Source of the DNA: Utricularia gibba
Taxonomy: Eukaryota > Plantae > Magnoliophyta
Assembly: GCA_002189035.1 (NCBI GenBank)
Contig: NEEC01000019.1
Coordinates: forward strand, 248,001 to 312,000
Direction of reading: 5' to 3'
Length of the DNA stretch: 64,000 nucleotides
This document shows, piece after piece, positions 39,002 through 51,869 of the stretch. Position numbers and translations under genes: made by a program. Below the pieces are notes generated by a model. The model had not been told where the DNA came from and searched no databases. It saw only the letters and a list, made by a program, of their open reading frames with translations. Position 1 is the stretch's first letter. Each line of letters starts with the position of its first letter.

Positions 39002-40330
39002 TTTAAGTGTCATTTTCTCACTATGTTTTAGGTTGTTTTTATATCTAAATATGATTAGAATTGTTTAGTTAGGAGTTTATAATATAAGATTTAGGTTTTT
39101 ATCTAGTTTAGGGTAATTTTCCTAAATCTTGTATTTTATCTAATGTTTTGTCCAGTTTTCTTCAAGTTTTTCTAAAAGTGCACATGTGGAAAGAAGTGAG
39201 AAAAAAAAGGCGGCAGATGGCGAAAAAATGCATCTTCTCGAACTTACATCTCCTTGACTTCCAAAAGACTGCAAATGCTGAATCATGAGCCTTGACGTGT
39301 GGAACATGGAGTTTCTGATAGGCAAAATTATTAGTGTACCAATGTCAGAACAGAAGCTTCCTTGCAAGTCACTTCAAGTCACAGCAAGACTAAGGGGACA
39401 CGAAAAAATAGAACCTCATTGAAGTTTAGTTCAGTGGGGAGAATGGAGCATTCACTTTTCAAGTTTTAGTTTCACACTTAGTTTTTCTCTCTAGATGATT
39501 TTCCTCTAACTTCTCTCTAGAACCTTATTTTCATTTCCTTAGTTTGTATGGCTCTTCACGGCTAGAAACTTCTGTTTCTGGGTTGAGATACTCCTATATC
39601 TATGTTTCGTTAGTTTATCTTCATCTCTTCTTTGAATCCGAACGGTTTCCATATGTCTTCGCACGAATATGTTATAGTCTTTCTGTAACAGTCCCCTTAT
39701 TCAAGATTTATGATTAGCTAATCACTACTTGTGAGTTTACTCATGCCCTTTTGGTAAGAGGGAAACAACGTTTTGTTTGTGGCTACACCTCAGGATCAAT
39801 AGACAGATAATGACCTCGTATCTGGACTCATTAGGTTATTGGCAATACTCATGCACACGTGCGCAATTCGACCGTGAGGGTATGTTGACAGGACCTATTA
39901 TCTCCATGTTCATCCAAGGTGGAGCAATATCGAGCTATTCCCGTGCCTTTTTGCAAGAGGGTGTAAGGGAATGTAGGCAATTCTTTACACCTATAACCGA
40001 GTACTCGAGAAGATTAGAGAAAAGTGAAGACATGATGAACATAGCTGGATAGGATTACAAACCCAGAAACATTCGCTTTAATTAAGGTTCATCGCTTACG
40101 TTTATTTCTGTTGTTTGTTTAAAACCCTCTTACCTCTTGACTCAAGCTTTATCATTTACGTTTCTCGCTCATTTTACTTTACAAAACCGTTTACAAATCA
40201 TGACAGTTGTACTCGATGTAACCTCACTTTTCACTGAAAAACAAGTCCCTGTGTTCGACATCTATACTACGCTTTTGTGTTTTACGAGTTTCAAAAATAT
40301 TAAAATTTGTTGTGGAAATGACACACATCA
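39002..40330 (+). mobile_element. Solo LTR related to the Athila LTR, in opposite orientation
   Basis: TGCTT TSD (38997-39001 / 40331-40335). Termini T(G)TTAAGTGTCATTTT and AAAATTTGTTG.GGAAA.GACAC.CA match the reverse complement of 37125-38369. It splits the host RT at IGFAAS|TISRF. Confidence 0.85.
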
Positions 40331-43300
40331 TGCTTGCAGCAAAGCCAATATCTGGTCTAGTACATATCATTAGATACATGATGTATCCTACAACAGACGC
40401 ATAGGGGATCCTGGTCATGAGATGTCTTTCTAACTCATTCTACAATGCGTTAGTTTTTTAGAGCTTCAAATGACAAGGCAGAGGGCATGTTATAGGATTG
40501 GCTTCTTGAAGGCATGACTTCTTCAAGATTTGGTCAAGATAAGTTTCTTGAGACAATGTTAGGATTCTTTGTGATCAAATCTATTTGATTAATATAAGTT
40601 TCTTTGAGACTAATGATCCAAGATCCATCATATTAAATTCATTGTTTATTAGTTTCTTATATTCACTAATTCTCTATTTGGTGGGACTGACCACTAATCT
40701 TTAGAGGTTTTGTGGAACTTATTTCTAGTCATGAAGCTATCAAATTTTAGGTACCATCGCATAGGTACCTACTTGAGTTCATAGAGACTCTTCTTCAATC
40801 TACTGACTAATTTTTTCTTTCAAGATTCTATGAAGCCCTCTATCTGTTTCATGTAAATTTCTTCCAACATATCTCTATGCATGAAGTCTATTTTTATGTC
40901 CAATTGCTCTAATTCCCAATCAAAATTAGCAGTGAGCATCAACATGATTCTTACAGTGGCCATTCTCACCAAAAGTAAAAACACTTCTTCAAATTCCAAA
41001 CCAACCTTCTGTCTAAAACCTTTCACCACAACCCTTGCCTTATGTCTTATGGATTCATCTAAGTTACGTTTTTTTTTTGAAGATCCATTTATTATCCAAA
41101 GCCTTCCTTATTGTTGGAAGTAACACAAGATTATAGGTGTCATTGGCCCAAATGTAGTTCATTTCTTCATTCATGGTATCTATCCATTTCTCTTTATCCG
41201 ACATAAGCATAGCTTCTAAGAAGGTTTCCAGCTCCCTTCGTCTATTATTAGTTCATACTCATCAGCAAGGTACCTAGTAGAAGGTATGTGTGTTCTTACA
41301 GATTTCCTTACCCCCTATTGTTCCCTTATAGTATCAGGGTTATTCTAATCTAAGAGATCCCAAGTTTCAGAAGAATTTTCATGTTCTTGATCTCCTTAAT
41401 GTCTTGTATCCATTGTCAATGGTAGAATAACCGGTTAGTTTCCTTGATCTACTGAAATATCGAGAATGGTCTGATCTTCAAGGAATTTTATGTCCCTTGA
41501 TCTCACTATTTTATTTCCAACTGGATCCACAATCTATATCTCATTTTGTCCTCACCAAAACCAAGCAAAATGTAGGGCTTTGAGCATTCATCTAGCTTTA
41601 ATTTGTGTTCTTTTTGAATATGCACCTATGCTTTGCAGCCAAAAACTCTAAATAATTCAAATTAGGTTTCTTACCAATCCATATCTCTTGAGGAGTAAGG
41701 AACTTTAGCATAGTCTTAAGAGATTGATTTGATAATTAATATGCAGTGCTCAAAGCCTCACCCTTGAAGCTCTTAGGTAAGTTTGCAATATTTAGCATGC
41801 TTCTGACCTTATCTATAAGTGTCTTGTTAAATCTTTCAGCAATGCTATTATGTTTAGTTTCAGGAATGGTTGCAATTTTTTTGATCCCTTTTGCTTTGTA
41901 ATATCTTTTGAATTCATCATAGCAATATTCTCCCTCATTATCTGACTTAAACTTCTTTAGTCTTCGGTCAGTTTTTCTTTTTAAAAAGGTATGTAGTTCC
42001 ATGAAGTTACAAAATACGTCACTCTTTTGTTTAACATGAGACCTTTCTGGAGGCATCATCTATGAAGCTAACAAAGAATTTCATCCCTTCAATTGATTCA
42101 CACTCAACTAGTCCACCAATATGTGGAACATAATATCTAGAAGTTCATTACTTTTTTTGAATATTCTTGAACTCAGCTCTCTGATGTTTTTCCAATTGTG
42201 CATTCCTCACAAGTTACTTGATTAGAGATGTACTTTTTTATTAGATTTTGCTTCATCAAAAAGTCCAAGCCCTTGTTAGACAAGTGCCCCATTCTTCCAT
42301 GTTACAATCCATGTAGGTTGTTCTGCTGGCTAACCATACGTATCTTAGGCAGTTCAGATGTCACCTTGGTCTTGTACATAGTATCGTCTATGTCTCCAAT
42401 CGCCCATATTATTGATCCCTTCAATAAATTCCATTTTTTGTTTCTAAAGGACCTTATATAACCAAATTGATCTAGGTGATTTACTGTCATCAAATTCAGA
42501 CATATATCTAAAACATATCTCACATTTTTCAAGACAAGGTTGAGACCACGGTTTGTGATGATGTGGATGTGGATGTATTCAATACCTACAATACCCAAGA
42601 CAGCAGAATCATGATTTCCTTACAAGGTGTTGTATGATAACTCGTGGTAGAGTTCACAATCCACTCTGATCCAATCATCTTGTTTGATTCTTCAACTGAT
42701 GGAAAATCATTATCCCTTTGTCAATAGATTGGGGAAGTAATACCATAAGTTCTTCAGCTGAAGCAAGGGTGGTAACAGAGTTATCAACTTTATTTGCACC
42801 CTGAAGGTTATTGGTAGAATGGGGTTGTGGATGGGTTCTCAACCAAAATTTACAATGTCTTCTTATGTATCCAATCTTCTTATAACAGTGACATGTCCTA
42901 GATTCTTCATAGTTTTTGTTTTTGTCAATCTTTTGAGTCTCTTTCCCTTTGTCGTTCCAATCTTTCTTCTTATTTTGGAACTTCTTACCTTTCCACTTTC
43001 CTTTCTGCTCAATAATAGTCATAGGCGCTTTTGAATCTTGGTTGGCATCCTTCTTTCTCAATTCCTCATGTAGTAATGAGTTTACCATGGATTCATAAGA
43101 TACTCTACATGATGTGTGAGTCAGGGTAACGATCAGAACTTCCCAACTAGGAGGCAGCAAGAGAAGCAAGTTGATGGCTTGAGTTTCATCATCTAGATCC
43201 ACGCTTATTGAAGTCATCTCATTGACTAGGTCCTCAAACTTGCTTATATGATCTACCGTGATTTCACCATCCTTATATTTGAGACTGGTGAGTTTTTTTT

Positions 43301-44489
43301 ATCCAAGGGCATTTTATTCTAAGCAATACAAGGTCTAAAGTTGTCCTCTATCTTCTTCTAGAATTCTTTAGCATTTTCATAATCTCTGAACCTTTTCTGA
43401 TAAGTGTTTTCAATGCATAGTTGCATGTATGCACAAGCTTTTAGATGCAGCGTCTTTTGATCTATCTCACTAATCTTTTCTAGCCTTTCTTTACTAATAT
43501 TGACAACATTCCAAAGATCCTTACAAATAAGAACCATTTTCATCTTCATGTGCCATAGAATTCAATTTGATCATCCCAACGAAGTCCTCCAACAATGCAA
43601 TGGAAGAACCATAGAAAGATCAGTTTCAAGTTGCTGAAAACCAAGCTCTAATATCAATTTGATAGGATACTCAACTATGTAACTCAATTCTATTAGAATA
43701 TTCACAAGCCAATTAGCAAACTTATGCGACAAAGATGACATGAAGCGAATGAAATGAAAAACAACACAGAACTTTTTTTATGAGGAAACTCTTTCAAGAA
43801 AATCTTGGTGCTCCACAATAGGTTGTAACTCTCCACTATCATCAATTACGATACACAAGAACAATCATAGCTCCCGAATCAGGTTCAAGAACCCAAACAT
43901 AAATTATACTGTTATCTTGCCATACACAGGCTATTCCAAATCAGAACAATACCACCACTTTAATTTCCAACTTCCGATATTCATCGGAAAGTCTTATAAG
44001 GAGTTTTCTTCCTCCTTGTCCCCAAAAAAGTTGGTGCTATTGAATCAAGTTGATGGCTTCCCCTATTTATACAATAGTAGCCTTCATAACGAGTGATGGG
44101 CTTGTATACTAGAGATCAGCTAGTCATGGGTCTGGTTTATCTGGCCCATCAAGAGAGTGAATTGGCCCACCACAAACTTGATGAGCTGGTGCTAATACTT
44201 CACCTTATCCACCTTAACAATGGCTTCTTGTCTCTATCCTGAATTCCCAACTTCTCTATGTAGACGAGGATAACCCTGAAACTGAAGTTGGTTTTTGTGA
44301 ATCAAACAAGATGAAGTCCTCGACTGATTCTGGGACAGCTCCGTGCAGTAGAAGCGCTCTGCCACTAATTGCTTTAGTCATCACACTCAACTTCCTGAGC
44401 GTGTGTGCATGCTTGAATCGGAGATCTTCGCCACCGTCACTCGGCCACCAATTCTTTGATAGGATATCTCGAGACTAACCCAGAACCAG

Positions 44490-45097
44490 TGTAAACCAGA
44501 CTAACTAAATCGCCTAATCTTGCAAGAAAATGAGTCAAGGGGGTCGATCAGAACACAGAATTTTTAACGAGGAAAACCCAAATGGGAAAAAACCTCGGGT
44601 GCTTCCACACCAGAACGAAAACTCTCCACTATTACCGCAAAATTACAGGAACAAGAACAGTTCCAAGCAAGATTCAGAATCTGAAAATCACAACATGATT
44701 CTGAATCTGTACAAGCATAGTACCCGCTGCACCTGAGTCAAAGCACCTATGCGTAACGCTGCGTGAGAGCCTCAGAACGTTGATCGTCCTTCTCCAGATT
44801 TTTTTTCATCTGATCCTGAAGTAGTGGTGATCCTCCTTTAGTACCCGAGTTGTCCAGTTTTGTTGGAGCCGCAGCGTACTTCACCAGTGCAGAGTTCATA
44901 ACCGTTTGACAGTTATCCTTAGCAAGTCGGGTCCTTGAATGGGTCAGCTGGATACGGGCCGGGTCGACCCATATGTATTTGAGACGGCCCACTACATTCT
45001 TTGCATTTGTACTTTTGCTTTGGTGACGACATAGATGAGAATACGATGTGGGAGTGAAAGGCCTTGACATGGGGATACGCGATTGCACCACCTAGCA
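44490..45097 (-). mobile_element. Copia-type LTR-like fragment
   Basis: TG...CA bounded. It shares the TTTT(A)ACGAGGAAAAC..GGTGCT.CCAC...CTCTCCACTAT block with the 43660 LTR. No TSD was found. Confidence 0.5.
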
Positions 45098-47406
45098 TGC
45101 CTATTTCTAATAATAAAAACTTTTATTAATTAATTTTTATAAATAATTCATGTTTTTTTAATTGTCGTTGTCATTGTTAAACTTTGACTTCATGTTTCCA
45201 CTTATCCGTTCAATTGGTCTTTCATTTTATTTCATCAATCTATTTTCAAAACGATATAAATTTCATTGACTAGTTTTTTTTTTTTTTTATTTCAACCACA
45301 TCAGGGTAAAGCTGGCTATTGGAGAAGACAATTTCCAGATAGATATTCATGTCCGAAGGTGAGTGCCCAAATGGAAATGGAACCACGAATTGCACTGCAC
45401 AATCCATGAGAGTCCGCGGGAGAACCTGACCTTCAACAATCGATAGTCGATGTGGGATCATTGTCACCGGGGGGAGCCAAAGGGGACCACTTTCGCATTT
45501 CCGTATAAATATACGTCAACACACATTGAAGCAAGCATGCACGCCACGCCACGCCACGCCACCATCGCACATGTCACCATCCGGATATCTATCTATGTAC
45601 GGTGGGTTGGCCTCATACGTGAAATTCCGGTCCGGTGATGGAACATTCTCCAGCCCAAGAACCACTTTCAACATTCTCACGATTCTTTAGTTATCCCGAT
45701 GATCAGTCTTCGGTATACTCACGGAAAAGACGCAAACAATTCCATCATAATAAAATTAATTATTTTTCATGTTCTAAAATCAAGCATGATTGCGTAATTA
45801 CTTGTGGTTAAGTAGAGATCAGCGATGAAATATTATTTATGCAAGTGTTTGCGTAGGCGTGTTGTTGTAAATGTAATTCCATTTTTGTAGTTTAACGTGA
45901 TGCAGCACAGCACACATAATTTTAATTAAATTAAATAAACAGGTTGAAGTTGAAGCATTTATTTTAATAATGAAGGGTCTACCGTCTACCGTCTACACTC
46001 TACGGGACGGATATTCGGCGGACCCCGTCCGGTCCAGCAGATAAGAAAGAAGAGAAGAAGAATATCCCAAAGAGATTAAAAACACGGCAAGGGATAAAAT
46101 TTATTCTCTTCTTTGAATCCATCCAATTAAAAAGGCCCCCAGGATAAAGTGATAATAATAATATTCCCCAACAATTTTATGAAAAAAAAAACCAACGAAA
46201 AAGTAACAACTGTATTCGCGTACTTAATTTTTTAGTATTATATATTTGTTTCTTTTTTTTTAAGGGCGAAGCTGGTTGCTTTTCTAAACAATTTTGATGG
46301 ATGGATATTTTTGTACGGACATGTATTTATTTATAGATGGGTGTTGTGGATGACATTGATTGGGGGCTCAGTAGCAGTAGCGGAGCTGTAAAGCTGTAGC
46401 GTTGTAGATTTTTAGGATTATCATGAAATTAATTAAAAAAAAGTAGGCGGGATGGGATGGGGAGTTGGGTGCGTCATCCGTAGCCCAGGGCCCCCCCCCC
46501 CCCCTAGGGGGATAGATGAAGGATGGAGTGGGCCCCACTATCTCGCCCAATGAGAGATGTTTCTGGACGGCAAGCAAAGCAAGCGGGAGGCCCGCCGACT
46601 TACGAATGTAATTATGCCACGTATTTATGAAGTTGGTGAAATAAACCCGCAATTTGTAAATTATTTTTGTTTCACTAAATTTACTAATATATAGTCGTAA
46701 AATTATTAGTTTGTCTTATCTATGTCTTATGTTTAGAAGAAACGTAACTAATGGCCACTTGAGGTTCATATTTTGGAAATTATTGTAGATATATACATTA
46801 ATGATGGGTCACACGCAGCACACTTCATTCATTTTAGGATGATAAAGACTGAGTGAGATTTGATCTAATTTATTATTTCTATAAATTCATTATGTCTTCG
46901 AAATAAGGTTGAATGATTTATCATCAAACAATAGAAGGATCTAATTGATTATCAAACTTCAAGAAAATGTGATCATCGATCACAACAAATACATAATGCT
47001 GATAATGTCTTTGCAGTCCACTTTAGAACTTTTTGGAGGCTATATGAAGAAGTCGTTGTTTGCTCTCTTCACCGTGTGCTGTGCTTTCAGTGTTGATTGC
47101 TTTCCTACTTCTGCTGGCAGTGTAAGGTGAGATAAGTGTCTGGGGATCCTTCGAGGACCTAAAGGACACACACTCATGTAGTGATTCATAACATAAAATG
47201 AGTAGATAAAATAAAAAAGTTGACCTCCTGCAGCTGCCATATGAGCATTTTTCAACTTTGGCACGCTTCCAGCTTTGATATTTCGGTCTAGAATGTTTGA
47301 AATCCAGCTGCTTCAGTAAGTTGTCTTCAAGCAGAGTAACCAAAACCCGTTCTTTTTTTCTTTTTTTCTTTTTTCTGTAAACACAGGAAACTTGCTCAGC
47401 ACCCTA

Positions 47407-50400
47407 ATGGCGAAGAGTTACCTCAGTGGTGAAAATAGTCTCAAGGGGCGCTTGGATGCTGCAATTTCCGCCTTCCGCAACGAGATCTTCCTGTTTTTGT
47501 CGAGGTAGCAAGTTTTTTAGATCATTCTCAATCTCCAATACTCTTGGATTTCAGGTGTTGGCAACTGATTTCTGTAGGGTTGAAGATCAGGGGAAACCGA
47601 TTCTCAAATCCCAGCAACTCCTTGCAGATTTTGATGCGAAGAAGCTGCGGGATCATGCTTTCAAAGAAGCTCTCGAGAGCACACAGGTAATCTTCCAACA
47701 CCAATTCTCGAATCCCCTTTTCATGTTCTGTTTGATCTTTGGTGTGTTTGGATTTATTTGGTTTAGAGTTTCATATTTAAAAGGGTTTAGATTATTAAAA
47801 ATGAGATAAATTTTTTTTATAAATTTAATATTTTTGGTTGATTCTTATTAAAAATAAATTAGATTATCATTTCTAAGAAGCATTTTTTGCATACTAAACA
47901 TCATGTGGGTATATAAATCCATATACATATGTGTAATTAAAATTTGAAATGGATACCAAATAAGTTTTCTGGTGTAGGAAGCACTTGTGACTCCTCCATG
48001 GATTTCACTAGCCGTTCGTCCGAGGCCTGGTGTTTGGGAATATATAAGAGTTAATATAAACACGCTTGCTGTAGAGGAGCTCACTGCGCCAGAGTATTTA
48101 CAGATCAAGGAAGAGATTGTTGATGGGCCGTAAGAAGTTTACTGTTTTTTTGTGATCTAAAACCGGTATCCGATTTGAGATTGCATTCTGTTTTTGGTCT
48201 TCTGCAGAACTGATGGGAAAGTTGTTCTTGAGATCGACGTTGGGCCGTTTAAATCTTCAGTTCCCAAGCCAAATCTCACCAGCTCCATTGGCAACGGAGT
48301 GGAGTTCCTTTACAAGCATCTCTCTGCTAAACTGTACAATGACAGGGAGAGTTTGATCTCGCTTCTTGAATTCCTTCGGCTGCGTCAATATCAGGGCAAG
48401 GTAACAAAAGGGCTTATCCCAATTTTCAGTGTGATCCATGTGTTTCTTAAAGGAGTTTGTCTTCCACTGATGCAGAAACTTTTGCTGAATGAGAACGTAG
48501 CAAGCCTTGGGATTCTGCAAGCTGTTCTGACCAAGGCAGTGGAGTACCTTTCAACAATTCCTGAAGACACAAAGTATGCTGAATTCGAAGGAAAGCTTCG
48601 GGAGATTGGATTGGAACCGGGATGGGGAGATACAGCAGCACGAGTATCCGAAACACTTTCATTGTTTCTTCAACTTCTCGAGGCCCCGACTCCAGTACAC
48701 TGGAAAGGTTTATGGGAAGAATTCCTTTGGTTTTCAATGTTGTCATCTTGTCACCACATGGTTACTTTGCTCAAGATAATGTTCTGGGATATCCTGATAC
48801 TGGAGGCCAGGTAGAACAAAACTCCTGCACTTGTAAAATTGAAATCTCTTTGCCATTCATGCTTTTGCTTCTCAGGTTGTCTACATTCTGGATCAAGTTC
48901 CAGCTTTGGAACTTGAGATGCTGAAACGATTCAAGGAGCAGGGACTAGACATCACTCCAAGAATTCTCATCGTATGTCATGAGAGTAACGTCGCCCTTTT
49001 TTTCCTTCCTTAGGAGTAGGGATCCCACATTTTTGAACTCCCAAGTTTCTCTTTTCCAGGTGACAAGATTGCTACCAGATGCTGTTGGAACAACTTGTGG
49101 GCAGCACCTGGAGAAAGTTTATGGCGCGGAGTATTCACATATCATTCGAGTACCCTTCAAATCAGAGAAGGGGATTCTCCGGAAATGGATTTCCCGGTTT
49201 GAAGTCTGGCCGTACATGGAAACTTTCACTGACGTTAGGACACATTTTTTTTGTTATGATCCTCCATTAACATCGCAGAACAGTTTTGATATTCCTGTGT
49301 TTCCAGGATGTTGCTAAGGAAATCATTGCAGAGATGAAGGCCAAGCCTGATCTAATCATTGGCAATTATAGCGAGGGCAATCTTGCAGCTTCCTTGCTGG
49401 CTGGCAAGCTAGGAGCTACCCAGGTATTTACTGATGCTCCAGTTTGATCTCATCCGAGTCTAAGGCTAACTTCTTCAGCGTTTTGGGTTATATTTCTTCA
49501 GTGTACCATTGCACATGCTCTGGAGAAAACCAAGTATCCGGATTCTGATACATACTGGAAAAAATTTGATGAGAAATATCATTTTTCAAGCCAATTCACT
49601 GCTGATCTCTATGCAATGAATCACACTGACTTCATCATCACCAGTACATTCCAAGAGATTGCTGGAAGGTTTGGTTCTGGCTCTGTATTTGAGACGAATT
49701 AGGTGTCTATGGCGAAGCTCAGTAAATATACATTTTCTTTCTATTTTCTGGTTTCAGCAAGAACACCCCTGGACAGTATGAGAGCCACATAGCGTTCTCA
49801 ATGCCTGGATTATATAGAGTCACCAATGGGATCGACTGCTTTGACCCAAAATTCAACATTGTGGCCCCTGGAGCTGACATGAACCTCTACTTCCCATATA
49901 CAGAAAAAGAAAGAAGGCTCACTTCCTTTCACCCTGAAATTGAAGAACTTCTCTTCAGCGGAGTAGAAAATGAAGAACATTTGTAAGTTCCATCATACTA
50001 TATTTCTTGACCAACATATAAAGGTCTTACTAACCCGGCTTGCTTATGCAAGATGTGTGCTGAAAGACAAGAAAAAGCCAATTATATTCACCATGGCTAG
50101 GCTCGACAAAGTCAAGAACTTGACAGGCCTGGTGGAACTCTATGCGGCAAGCCCAAAATTAAGACAACTAGCGAACCTGGTTGTGGTTGGTGGAGACAGA
50201 AGGAAGGAATCCAAAGACCTGGAGGAGCAAGCAGAGATGAGGAAGATGTATGAACTCATAGAGAAATACAAGCTGAATGGCCAATTCAGATGGATTTCTT
50301 CCCAAATGAACCGTGTGAGGAATGGTGAACTGTATCGGTGCATTGCTGACACCAAAGGGTCTTTGTGCAGCCTGCGTTCTATGAGGCCTTCGGCTTGACT

Positions 50401-51005
50401 GTTGTTGAGGCCATGACTTGTGGTCTGCCTACTTTTGCTACCCTTCATGGTGGCCCAGCGGAGATCATCGTCCATGGAAAGTCTGGTTTCCATATCGATC
50501 CTTATAATGGAGACAAGGTTGCTCAGATTCTCGTTGACTTCTTTGAAAAGTGCCAGAAGAACTCTTCATACTGGGAAATCATTGCTGCTGGCGGCCTAAA
50601 ACGCATCCAGGAAAAGTAAGGAGCCCACTATCCCCCATTCTGCTTTAACTCATAGATCCACTTGACAAGCATGCAACTATATAACTAGCGAACCTTTAAT
50701 GCAAGACCATTTTCATGATGTTCCACACCTGCACCTGACCAGAGAGTTGCTTTTCCTGCTCCAGGTTCACATGGCAGATTTACTCAGACAAACTGTTGAC
50801 ATTGGCTGGGGTTTATGGTCTCTCGAAACATGTTTCCAAGACTGAACAGCAAGGGCTCAAGCGATACCTCGAAATGTTTTATGCTCTTCAGTACAGGAAA
50901 GCGGTGAGCGTTTTCTATGCCTTGCTGCCTTGATAACACAGTGCTGCTAAGGATTCTGAATTTTCCCTTGATCAGGCTGAAGCTGTTCCGAGGGCCGTCG
51001 AGTAA
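47407..51005 (+). CDS. SUS: Sucrose synthase, eudicot SUS I group; divergent, with two 1-bp frameshifts (possible pseudogene or assembly error)
   Basis: 13 coding exons: 98, 109, 152, 193, 335, 96, 174, 117, 167, 225, 563, 139 and 30 bp (usual eudicot sizes 336 and 564 for the two fused exons). Motifs [63 protein letters not shown]. About 799 aa once the frameshifts are corrected. QVPALE, NYSEGN and WPYMET resemble asterid SUS I (inference). Confidence 0.93.
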
Positions 51006-51869
51006 GCAACAGCCACTTAGAGTCAAGAGCTGATGGACTCAAAGTCCTTATGATTCAGCTTCACATTCTTATTGGCCATTCATCATTGTTGGGATTGTCT
51101 CTCCCATATGAGGAAAGTATGCGTTATGCAACTTTTATGCCCCTGTAATAAGAGATTTCAGTGCAATAAACTTGAGAATACATTACCGATCTCTACTTTG
51201 GAAAACTCCCTGAGCATCCAAATCTACTCTTTCTGGTTTCTAGTAAACCAAAAAAACGATGGTTCTCTTCTCATGCAACACTAGGGGTGTGTTTGCTTCG
51301 CGGATTTGAGATTTACCTGGGTTTGAATTATTTGGATATATATGAACCCGTGGATATGGGTTTACATTTGAAAAACATGTTTGGTTTGCATGTTAGTAAG
51401 ATTAAGGTTAATTGCTACTTGTGTTTGGTTAATGGGTTTAGAAGAAATATGTTTAGTATTTTTTTAATTAAGTTACTAAAATGTCCATTGTATGTGAGTA
51501 TTTTTGGGTATAAAAATAAGACTGTTTTGAAACCCATAAATCCCTAATCGAATAGGGTTGCTCGCGCTGTGACGTCCAAGCACACCTTTTGCTTATCAAG
51601 CAAATTCTGGTATGTATTTCATATGCACTGTAATGGGTTTCACGGCATGGCCTATGCTTAATTTTTACTGAAGAAAACTATATTGTGTTCGGCTTATTGA
51701 TGTTTATTGCAGCGTAGATGTGTTTTTGTGTGTTAGAATAATTGATAGATGCTGTCTTTGATGTAATTGAACTAATTTTATGGTATTATTAGTGTTGTTT
51801 GTAGAAATGATTTTTTTTAGATTGTTTAATTACATGTTTTGTCTATACCGTCATTTCTTATGTAGAAGA

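Larger units (their letters stand above)
22997..44219 (-). mobile_element. Second Tork-like Copia element, host of the Athila insertion
   Basis: 5' LTR 43660-~44219 with degenerate PBS GCTCTAATATCA (43645-43656). 3' LTR 22997-23218 + 38370-~38475 is split by the Athila element. gag (LICKDLW), CCHC, integrase (KSDNEGEY) and RT fragments lie in 38.5-43.6 kb. The LTRs are strongly diverged and no TSD was found. Confidence 0.68.

Noticed and set aside
22992-44224. TSD defining one intact second Tork element
   Set aside because: The flanks (AGCTT vs ATGGC) do not match and the LTRs are strongly diverged, so the element may be chimeric. Boundaries are left as approximate.
47426-47809. 127-aa ORF overlapping the SUS 5' end
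   Set aside because: It is an alternate-frame read through exons 1-2 and introns, fully explained by the SUS gene structure.
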